A DNA stretch of 35,487 nt from Leidyana gryllorum EB-2025a (taxonomy: Eukaryota; Protista; Apicomplexa). The stretch lies in the NCBI GenBank assembly GCA_048772705.1, contig JBLWGC010000181.1, positions 1-35,487 of the forward strand, in the 5' to 3' direction. The notes beneath the pieces were generated by a model. It was given only the letters and a program-made list of their open reading frames with translations, did not search any database and had not been told where the DNA came from. The position numbers were made by a program, and so were the translations under genes. Positions 20,368 to 28,186 of the stretch are shown here, one piece after another (the stretch's first letter is position 1; each line of letters starts with the position of its first letter).

Positions 20368-20463
20368 AGTTGAGGAGTGGACTTCTTGCAACGCAGTTCG
20401 TCTGACGCTCCTGTTCCATCCCATCCTGATCGATGCTTCGCCACCTCCACAGCCTCGCTCAAA

Positions 20464-20535
20464 GTCCGAGTCGTCTAGTGGTTAGGACAGCACGTTGTGG
20501 CCGTGCAAACCCAGGCTCGATTCCTGGCTCGGACA
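20464..20535 (+). tRNA. tRNA-His(GTG)
   Basis: Full cloverleaf, C54, no encoded G-1. Confidence 0.88.
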
Positions 20536-20628
20536 ACCAATCTAAAGTGCATTGCAATTCCCCTCCAAACCTCTCAGATCCTTATCGAGACTGAGAGACC
20601 AGTCAGAAAAGTTTAAGTGCGTGAGCAA

Positions 20629-20699
20629 AGCCTTCTGTCGGAATTCTACCGGCGACCTTTCGCTTACAAAGCGAATGCTCTGTCACCAGCTAAGAAGGG
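20629..20699 (-). pseudogene. tRNA-Thr(TGT), degenerate
   Basis: T loop destroyed. Confidence 0.68.
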
Positions 20700-20800
20700 A
20701 ATGTTAACGGAAGTTACTGAAGCTCATTGTTCCACCGGTCGAACGGATCTAGCGCTCCACCCAACGGCAAATAGGGTGTAACTCAGTTTAGAGCTTCGTT

Positions 20801-20856
20801 GCCGCCCTAGCTCAGTCCGTATCTTGCAGTCGCGGGTTCGAGCTCCGCGGGCGGTG
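20801..20856 (+). pseudogene. tRNA-Lys with internal deletion
   Basis: 3' D stem through anticodon loop deleted. Confidence 0.75.
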
Positions 20857-20905
20857 CAAATCAATGTCTCTGGAAGCCGTTACCTACAACCACACTCTGC
20901 TGGAT

Positions 20906-20978
20906 TTCCACTGCCGGGACTTGAACCCGGATCGTGCGGGTGAGAGCCGCATATCCTAGCCACTTAGACTACAGTGGA
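20906..20978 (-). tRNA. tRNA-Glu(CTC)
   Basis: Full cloverleaf. Confidence 0.93.
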
Positions 20979-21092
20979 CAACTTCCTCAGCTGCAGCTTC
21001 GGCCGAGAGCACCGTCTTGACAAGACGTGATTGCAGAATCCTGCGGTAGAAAAAGGAGGATCTCTATACTAACCTCTGAACCATTGTAGCTG

Positions 21093-21165
21093 GGTCTTGT
21101 AGCTCAGTCGGCAGAGCGTGTGGCTGTTAACCACAAAGTCGCAGGTTCGACACCTGCCAGGACCG
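21093..21165 (+). tRNA. tRNA-Asn(GTT)
   Basis: Full cloverleaf, TGTGG-ct-GTT-aa-CCACA. Confidence 0.92.
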
Positions 21166-21280
21166 GTTTCAGAGGCACACTAAACACTGACTGCGCTGCT
21201 CTCCGAATGGCACTTGTGGTCTGCGACCCTTCAAAGATGGAAGTTTGTTTGGATCCCGCCACGTGCAGCCGTACGTACTT

Positions 21281-21353
21281 TGGACGACCTGGGTATCGAT
21301 CCCAATACCTCTCGCATGCGAAGCGAGCGCCCTACCATCTGAGCTAGCCGCCC
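21281..21353 (-). tRNA. tRNA-Ala(CGC)
   Basis: Cloverleaf with G:U substitutions. Confidence 0.82.
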
Positions 21354-21421
21354 ATCCGCTCATCCGCTCTACATGGAAGACCTATTGCATCCAGTGGCTG
21401 ACCGAGGGCCGATACAACGGC

Positions 21422-21501
21422 TGACAAGAGTGGGATTCGAACCCACGCCCTTTCGGACCGCGGCCTTAACACAGCGCCTTGGACCACTTGGCCATCTTGC
21501 C
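21422..21501 (-). tRNA. tRNA-Leu(AAG)
   Basis: Type II cloverleaf. Confidence 0.83.
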
Positions 21502-21855
21502 GGAGTGTTCTTGGCTCGCCACTTTACACGTTTCCTGTTCGTGAAGTCTCGAGAAGGGAGGCTTTTGGGGTTGAAGATGTCGTTCTGGGTGCGGTGTACC
21601 GCCCCGAAGTACTCTCACGGCCCGGGGTGCTTACATTACAACCCATCTGATTGTAGTGGTGGCGTCAAATATTCGACGAGCAAATTCCGTCCCGCCGGGA
21701 GTTGAGGAGTGGACTTCTTACAACGTAGTTCGTCTGACACGGGTTATCTTGATGGCAGCGAGAGACTCTTCCACTAGACCACAGACGCAGAACACGATCC
21801 TGTTGACTCTTGTACCTGGTGACAGCCATTCTTTATAAGCCTATCGATGCATCAA

Positions 21856-21927
21856 AGCCTTCTGCCGGGATCGAGCTGGCGCCTTCTCGCTTACGAAGCG
21901 AACGCTCTGCCCCTAAGCTTCGAAGGC
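21856..21927 (-). pseudogene. tRNA-Thr(CGT), degenerate
   Basis: T-arm and acceptor changes. Confidence 0.68.
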
Positions 21928-22003
21928 AATGTAAGTTCGAGATAACGAAACGATGGCTACTGACGGAGATTAGTGGAGCTCTTTGGTCGAGTACTTCAAT
22001 GAC

Positions 22004-22076
22004 TTCCACTGCCGGGACTTGAACCCGGATCGTGCGGGTGAGAGCCGCATATCCTAGCCGCTTAGACTACAGTGGA
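22004..22076 (-). tRNA. tRNA-Glu(CTC)
   Basis: Full cloverleaf. Confidence 0.9.
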
Positions 22077-22308
22077 CAAGTGCTCGAGTTTAGGCTTCGG
22101 CCGAGAGCCGAACCGTCTCGGAAAGATTCCACCATCAATACGACTGGAATTTGTTACCAAGTCCGAGCTTTCTGGTCGCCCCAACTCCGTCGGTAGAGCG
22201 CAAGACTTTTGAAGTTAGAACTGCGGGTTCGGGCGGCGCGAGCAGTCCTGGTAAAGCTTGCTGAACCGTATTTGAAGCCACTGGCCGCAAAATGCCAAGT
22301 TCGACTGC

Positions 22309-22390
22309 GGCAACTTGCCCGAGTGGTTAAGGGGTTAGACTAGAAATCTACTGGGCCGGGCCCGCGCTGGTTCAAATCCAGCAGTTGTCG
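22309..22390 (+). tRNA. tRNA-Ser(AGA)
   Basis: Type II fold, one anticodon-stem mismatch. Confidence 0.82.
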
Positions 22391-22465
22391 TGCGATGTGG
22401 TTGGAGGGTTAAACACCAACTCACGCATGAATTTCTGAATGGTGGAAAAGCCACCATGTGTCCTC

Positions 22466-22536
22466 TGCATCTGCCGGGAATCGAACCAGGGTCGTCTCGA
22501 TGGCAACGAGACATTCTACCACTAGACCACAGATGC
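22466..22536 (-). tRNA. tRNA-Gly(GCC)
   Basis: One T-stem mismatch. Confidence 0.8.
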
Positions 22537-22704
22537 GTGACACCTTGTTGTTGAAGCTCGTACACGGTAACGGCCGTTTTCTGAACGAATGTCCGTGGCG
22601 TGTTCAGAGCGTCCGAGATAGCATAGTGGTTACTATTTTCGCATGTCACGCCTAAGAAGCAGGCCCGATTGCCGGTAAATGAGTCTGGAACGGGGGATGG
22701 TTTT

Positions 22705-22776
22705 GGGCCTATGGCGCAACGGTAGCGCGTCTGACTCCAGATCAGAAGGTTGGGGGTTCGAATCACTCTGGGCTCA
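22705..22776 (+). tRNA. tRNA-Trp(CCA)
   Basis: One T-stem mismatch. Confidence 0.8.
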
Positions 22777-22812
22777 ACCGGACTCTATGTTTTTCCCGTT
22801 TGGGACGCAACC

Positions 22813-22892
22813 TGACAAAAGTGGGATTCGAACCCACGACCTTTCGGACTCCGGTCTGAGCACAGCGCCTCAGACCACCCGGTCATCTTGCC
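22813..22892 (-). tRNA. tRNA-Leu(CAG), recurrent mismatched allele
   Basis: As 8562. Confidence 0.6.
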
Positions 22893-22986
22893 GGGATGTT
22901 GTTGGCTCGCCGCTCCACGCGTTTTCTATCCCTGGAATCTCAAGATGGAAGGACTTTTGGGGTTTCAGGCCGGTGTGTTCGGAGCG

Positions 22987-23058
22987 TCCGAGATAGTATA
23001 GTGATTAGTATTTCCGCCTGTCACGCGGAAGACCCGGGTTCGATTCCCGGTCTCGGAG
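22987..23058 (+). tRNA. tRNA-Asp(GTC), D-loop variant
   Basis: GG>GA in D loop. Confidence 0.78.
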
Positions 23059-23113
23059 CACAGTTGATCTCGCTTAAGATTGTCTTTTTTGGTGCCCGCT
23101 GAAAGTTGCGAGC

Positions 23114-23186
23114 TACAGCCATCGAGGATCGAACTCGGGACCTTCTGCGTGCTAACCAGACGTCGTGACCACTAGACCATGGCTGC
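23114..23186 (-). pseudogene. tRNA-Val body with AGC anticodon, degenerate
   Basis: Anticodon- and T-stem mismatches. Confidence 0.68.
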
Positions 23187-23249
23187 ACGGACGGTCCCGC
23201 AGATCAAGAGGAGTGGTGAGGTTTCACAAAGCAGTGAGAATTAGTTGTG

Positions 23250-23321
23250 AGGTCGCGCCGGGAATCGAACCCAGATCGGGAGATTCAGAGTCTCCAGTGC
23301 TAAGCACTACACCACGCAGCC
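23250..23321 (-). tRNA. tRNA-Gln(CTG), imperfect
   Basis: D-loop and acceptor changes. Confidence 0.65.
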
Positions 23322-23597
23322 CATTCACTCCTTCACAAAAAGAGGTGGTAGAGCATCCGGACTAGCCCTCAACCGGACACATGCAACACGCGTATCTCTA
23401 CTAACCTCTGAGATATTGGAACTGGCTCTTGTACCTTAGTCGGCAGAGCGTGTGGTTGTAAAATACAAACTCGCAGATCCGGTCTCTGAGGCAACCTTCA
23501 CACATACTGCGGTGCCCAAGTCCATCTAAGGGCTACAGGGCACCCTCAAAGCTCTCAACTCTGTAGTCAAATAGCGCCAGTTGCAGCACTACAAACT

Positions 23598-23670
23598 TTG
23601 GACGACCTGGGCATTGATCCCAGTACCTCTTGCACGCTAAGCGAGCGCTTCACCATTTGAGCTAGTCCCC
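23598..23670 (-). pseudogene. tRNA-Ala(AGC), degenerate
   Basis: Several mismatches. Confidence 0.68.
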
Positions 23671-23750
23671 CGCTGTGCAGACCCCATCGCATTTAGTGGT
23701 ACTTCACATAGTATGACCACTCTCTCGAGTGTACCCAGCGGCCGACAGGC

Positions 23751-23822
23751 GGCTGTTTGGTCTAGTGGTATGATCCTTCCTTAGGGTGGAAGGAGTCCTG
23801 GGTTCGATTCCCAGAACAGCCC
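23751..23822 (+). tRNA. tRNA-Pro(AGG)
   Basis: Full cloverleaf. Confidence 0.92.
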
Positions 23823-23947
23823 TCTGGGTTGTCGGTTGACCCGATGGGATAAGCAGTTTTAGAAGTAACACAGCCACCGCGTCGACACTCAAGGCAATTA
23901 ACATCTCAAGAATTGCATTTCGGCTACCTCTTCCAGGTTGAAGACTA

Positions 23948-24011
23948 AGCAGTGCAGCTCAGCGGAAGAGTGTTGGGCCAAAGGTCAGTCGATCGAAACG
24001 ACTCACTGCTA
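23948..24011 (+). pseudogene. Initiator tRNA-Met lacking anticodon loop
   Basis: 8-nt deletion, reading TTGGGC/CAAAGG. Confidence 0.75.
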
Positions 24012-24059
24012 AGTGTGCGCAAAAGGGAAACAGTCTAGAATAGATCGGCTCGTGACCAA

Positions 24060-24131
24060 AGCCTTCTGCCGGAATCGAACCGGCGACCTTTCGCTTACTA
24101 AGCGAATGCTCTGCCCCTAAGCTAAGAAGGC
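24060..24131 (-). tRNA. tRNA-Thr(AGT)
   Basis: Full cloverleaf. Confidence 0.92.
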
Positions 24132-24207
24132 AATGCAAGCCGAAGATTACGAAACAGTCTCTATTGACGGAGATTACTGGACCACTTTGCTCGAGTAGTG
24201 CAAGGAC

Positions 24208-24280
24208 TTCCACTGCCGGGACTTGAACCCGGATCGTGCGAGTGAGAGCCGCTTGTCCTAGCCACTTAGACTACAGTGGG
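24208..24280 (-). pseudogene. tRNA-Glu(CTC), degenerate
   Basis: Several mismatches. Confidence 0.65.
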
Positions 24281-24414
24281 CAAGTTCCCCAATTGAGGTT
24301 TCGGATGAGAACCGTACCCTCTTAACAAGACGTGGTCCGTCGGGTCAACCTACAACAAAAGGGTTGCAGTAGAAAGTGGAGGGTCTCTCCACTAAGCTCA
24401 GAAACATTGTAAGG

Positions 24415-24486
24415 GGTCTTGTAGCTCAGTGGCAGAGCGTGTGGCTTTTGATGACAAACTCGGAGGTCCGGAACCTAACAGAACCG
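24415..24486 (+). pseudogene. tRNA-Asn pseudogene
   Basis: Intact 5' half, decayed 3' half. Confidence 0.68.
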
Positions 24487-24604
24487 GCTTCAGATGCACC
24501 CTAGACATTGAGTGCGGTGCTCTCCCAATGGCACTTGTGGTTCGCGACTCTTCAAAGATGGTAGCGATGGGTCTGAAGGCGGCCACGTGCAGCCGTACCT
24601 ACTT

Positions 24605-24677
24605 TGGACGACCTGGGCATCGATCCCAGTACCTCTCGCATGCTAAGCGAGCGCTCTACCATTTGAGCTAGTCGCCC
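24605..24677 (-). tRNA. tRNA-Ala(AGC)
   Basis: Full cloverleaf. Confidence 0.93.
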
Positions 24678-24913
24678 GTGGTGCAGACCCCATCGCATTT
24701 GTTGGTTCTCAACATAGGATGACCACTTTTTAAACTGTCTTCAGCGGGTTGCACGAACGACAGGCGGCTGTTTGGTGTAGTGGTATGATACTTCCGTCGG
24801 GTGGAAGAAGTCCTAGGTTCCATTCTTAGAACAGCCCGCTTTGTTGTATCTTTTCCCAACCTGCCTGGCAGCATGGTTCTGGGTTCAGGTGATTCCTCGG
24901 AGAAAGTCGGAGG

Positions 24914-24986
24914 GGGAGTGTAGCGCAGTCGGTAGCGCGTAGGTCTGCTAATCCTGAAGTCGAGAGTTCGATCCTCTCCACTCCCA
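24914..24986 (+). tRNA. Elongator tRNA-Met-type body with GCT (Ser) anticodon
   Basis: Perfect acceptor, D and T stems, short variable loop, TAGGT-ct-GCT-aa-TCCTG with U31-U39, A73. Confidence 0.8.
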
Positions 24987-25167
24987 TGGTCAGAATCGAA
25001 ACCGCCGACAAACTCATCATGCTATCATTCTGCATCTGTCAGGAATCGCACACGGGTTATCTCGATGGCAGCGAGCGACTCTTCCACTAGACCAGAGATG
25101 CAGAACACGATTTGGTGAATCTTGTACGTGGTGACAGCCATTCCTCATAAGCTTATCGATGCATCAA

Positions 25168-25239
25168 AGCCTTCTGCCGGAATCGAACCGGTGACTTCTC
25201 GCTTACGAAGCGAACGCTCTGCCCCTAAGCTAAGAAGGC
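25168..25239 (-). tRNA. tRNA-Thr(CGT)
   Basis: Cloverleaf, one T-stem mismatch. Confidence 0.8.
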
Positions 25240-25371
25240 AACTTAGCTGGAGAATCATGTGGCAGTTGTATCGACAAAAGTTAGCCGGGTGCCACGTGCA
25301 CGGCGGGCTGTCCCGCGCGCATCGTGGGGGCATGCTGGGATGAAGTCGCAGGTTGTCCTGACTACAACGCC

Positions 25372-25451
25372 TGACAAGAGTGGGATTCGAACCCACGCCC
25401 TTTCGGACTGCGGCCTGAACACAGCGCCTTGGACCACTCGGCCATCTTGCC
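25372..25451 (-). tRNA. tRNA-Leu(CAG), well-formed allele
   Basis: CTGTG-tt-CAG-gc-CGCAG, full fold. Confidence 0.92.
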
Positions 25452-25545
25452 GAAATGTTGTTGGCTCGCCGCCCCACGCGTTTTCTATCCGTGGAATCTC
25501 AACATGGAAGAACTTCTGGGGCTGAAGGCCGGCGTATCCAGAGCG

Positions 25546-25616
25546 TCCGAGATAGTATAGCGGTTAGGATTTCCGCCTATCACGCGGAAGACCAGGGTCG
25601 ATTCCAGGTCTCGGAG
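25546..25616 (+). pseudogene. tRNA-Asp pseudogene
   Basis: ATC loop and broken T arm. Confidence 0.68.
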
Positions 25617-25669
25617 CACAGTTCGTTTTTCCGCTTCAGACTTCGTGGTGCTCAGATAAAGTTTCGAGC

Positions 25670-25742
25670 TACAGCCACCGAGGATCGAACTCGGGACCTT
25701 CTGCGTGTGAAGCAGACGTCGTAACCACTAGACCATGGCTGC
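25670..25742 (-). tRNA. tRNA-Val(CAC)
   Basis: Full cloverleaf. Confidence 0.93.
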
Positions 25743-25862
25743 GCGGAGCTTTCGGACTGAGAAAGGGGCGTGGGTCTCTGGAAACAGGTATCTGATGAGG
25801 GGCGAAAACCACGGAATGCTATGAGGTCTGCACAGCGGGCGACTAGCTCAACAAGATATTAT

Positions 25863-25933
25863 GCATCTGTGGTCTAGTGGTAGAATGTCTCGTTGCCATC
25901 GAGACGACCCGGGTTCGATTCCCGGCAGATGCA
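25863..25933 (+). tRNA. tRNA-Gly(GCC)
   Basis: Full cloverleaf. Confidence 0.93.
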
Positions 25934-26189
25934 GAAGACACAGTTGGTTTTCCCACCATTCCAGGGATTCACGCTTGAGTTGGTGTCTGACCCCTCCGAT
26001 CACATCGCACGACAACTGCTGGATCTGCACCAGCCCGGCCCAGGCCCTGTAGAGATCAAATCTTCTCCCCTTCCCCACTCGGGCAAGTTGGCAACTGTCG
26101 AACTTAGTAACAGATTCCATCCGTATTCGTCGTAGAATGTTGGGGCTTCTTCGGGTCGAGGGCAACCCTGTATCACAGATCCACTGCCT

Positions 26190-26263
26190 TGGTCACGCCC
26201 GGGCTCGAACCGGGGACCTTGAGCTTATTAGGCTCACGCTCTAACCGACTGAGCTACGCGACC
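26190..26263 (-). tRNA. tRNA-Ile(AAT)
   Basis: Full cloverleaf. Confidence 0.93.
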
Positions 26264-26382
26264 GCCTCCGACGACAGATGGCACCGATTCACTTACTTGA
26301 TGCCTCTGCGTCGCCACTGCAATCCTTAGCATGTACTGCTGGTGTTTTGAGCCCAGCCGCCTACTCCGATGATCGCAGCACA

Positions 26383-26464
26383 CGACAACTGCTGGATTTG
26401 AACCAGCGCGGGCCAGGCCCAGTAGATTTCTAGTCTACCCCCTTAACCACTCGGGCAAGTTGCC
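26383..26464 (-). tRNA. tRNA-Ser(AGA)
   Basis: Full type II cloverleaf. Confidence 0.93.
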
Positions 26465-26920
26465 GCTGTCGAACTTGGCATTTTGCGACCAGTGGCTTCA
26501 CATACGATTCAGCGAGCTTTACTAGGACTGCTCGCGCCGCCCGAACCCGCGGTTCTCCCTTCAAAAGTCTTGCGCTCTACCGACGGAGTTGGGGCGGCAA
26601 GGAAGCTCGCCCCGTACCCGAGGAAGGCACAGGATTCCACGATCAATACAAATGGTTACTAAGTCCGAATTTGTATCAGAGATCCACTCACTTGGTCACG
26701 CCGACATACCACCCTCACTTGAAGATTGTCCGGGTCGTCTAGGTGCTTACAACAGCAAGTTGTGGCTGTGCATACCCAGGCCCGAATCCTGGCTTGGATA
26801 GTATGTCCCCGATGTCTCGAATGGGAGATGTGGGCGAAGTCTGTCCACACCCACCATCGGGCGTAGCTGCCCATGTCCTGTCTTGATCGCTACACACTCC
26901 CATTTGACGGCTCCGCTAGT

Positions 26921-26993
26921 GGCGCTATGGCCTAATGGATATGGCATCGGTCTACGGAACCGGGGATTCTGGGTTCGAGTCCCAGTAGCGTCT
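26921..26993 (+). tRNA. tRNA-Arg(ACG)
   Basis: Full cloverleaf. Confidence 0.92.
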
Positions 26994-27051
26994 GGACGAA
27001 TGGCCGGGTTGCAGCCTGTTGAGTGCCGTGTTGCGTCAACAACTATCAGGC

Positions 27052-27123
27052 GGGCTGTTCTGGGAATCGAACCCAGGACTTCTTCCACCCGAAGGAAGAA
27101 TCATACCACTAGACCAAACAGCC
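27052..27123 (-). tRNA. tRNA-Pro(CGG)
   Basis: Full cloverleaf. Confidence 0.93.
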
Positions 27124-27330
27124 GCCTAGATCACTCAATGCCATGAGGTAGGCACAGAGGGAGGCTAGCCCAGATGATGAAACGGTGCTTAGTGTACGAA
27201 AGGTTCTGGGATCGATTCTCAGCTCATCCGAACTAGATAGATGGAACCCTCGCCGGAGTAGTCTAGTTGGCTCAACGCTGTCTGCCAAAACCATCAGGTT
27301 GAGTAGTACTTCGCCGATCACCACTCTACT

Positions 27331-27410
27331 TCCGGTGGGACGGAATCGAACCGCCGACTATCTGATGCCAGCACTACAGTCAGATGCTCTACCAACTGAG
27401 CTACCCCCGG
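27331..27410 (-). tRNA. tRNA-Tyr(GTA) with 7-nt intron
   Basis: 80 nt = 73 + 7; C1-G72 and A73; intron TGCTGGC at position 37/38; G5-A68 mismatch. Confidence 0.85.
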
Positions 27411-27633
27411 CCGTCCAACTGCTCCGGGGTTCAAAAGGCTCAACCCCAGATCCTCGACCTTTCGCACTGCGGTCTGAGCACAGCGCCTTAGACAACTCGG
27501 CCATCTTGCCACAGTGTTCATCCCTCCACGCGTTTTTTGTCCGTGAGCCAAAATAGAAAGACTTCTGGGATTGGAGGCCGGCGTGTTCAGAGCGTCCGAG
27601 ATAGTATAGTGGTTAGTAAGGGAGATAGATCCA

Positions 27634-27706
27634 CACCGCCTGCGGGGCTCGAACCCGCGACTGCAAGATTGAAAGTCTTGCGCTCTACGGACTGAGCTAG
27701 GGCGGC
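27634..27706 (-). tRNA. tRNA-Lys body with TTC (Glu) anticodon
   Basis: Second copy of the 5006 allele. Confidence 0.65.
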
Positions 27707-27807
27707 AACGAAGCTCTAAACTGAGTTACACCCTATTTGCCGTTGGGTGGAGCCCTGGATCCGTTCGACCGGTGGAACAATGAGCTTCAGTAACTTCCGT
27801 TAACATT

Positions 27808-27878
27808 GCCTTCTTAGCTGGTGGCAGAGCATTCGCTTTGTAAGCGAAAGGTCGCCGGTTCGATTCCGGCAGAAGGCT
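27808..27878 (+). tRNA. tRNA-Thr(TGT), D-arm variant
   Basis: Cloverleaf with altered D loop. Confidence 0.72.
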
Positions 27879-27951
27879 TTGCTCACGCACTTAAGCTTTT
27901 CTGAGTGGTCTCTCAGTTTTGGAGGGGAATTGCAATGCACTTTAGATTGGT

Positions 27952-28023
27952 TGTCCGAGCCAGGAATCGAGCCTGGGTTTGCACGGCCACGACGTGCTGT
28001 CCTAACCACTAGACGACTCGGAC
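27952..28023 (-). tRNA. tRNA-His(GTG), U33C variant
   Basis: Cloverleaf, C54. Confidence 0.75.
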
Positions 28024-28124
28024 AAATCTTTGAGCGAGGCTGTAGAGGTAGCGAAGCATCGATCAGGATGGGATGGAACAGGAGCGTCAGACGAACTGCG
28101 TTGCAAGAAGTCCACTCCTCAACT

Positions 28125-28186
28125 TCGGGTGGGACGGAATTTACTCGTGGAATATCTGATGCCACCACTACAGTCAGATACGTTAC
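28125..28186 (-). pseudogene. tRNA-Tyr pseudogene interrupted by the LTR element
   Basis: Matches 20289-20367 up to ...CGTTAC, where the LTR starts. Confidence 0.8.

Larger units (their letters stand above)
1..28186. repeat. Dense scrambled tRNA gene/pseudogene array made of duplicated and inverted multi-gene cassettes
   Basis: A cloverleaf with A/B-box motifs about every 150-250 bp on both strands; spacers recur with the same neighbouring genes. Confidence 0.97.

Noticed and set aside
1-28186. Phage, plasmid or bacterial tRNA array
   Set aside because: No encoded CCA, A34 isoacceptors, eukaryotic initiator features, a Tyr intron and an LTR retrotransposon all indicate a eukaryotic nuclear origin
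1-28186. CRISPR array or tRNA-derived SINE family
   Set aside because: Repeats are many different tRNA isotypes, spacers themselves recur, and there are no constant direct repeats, poly-A tails or TSDs
1-28186. 5S rRNA, U6 or other Pol III ncRNA in the array
   Set aside because: No recognisable motifs found by eye; an Rfam scan is needed to exclude them
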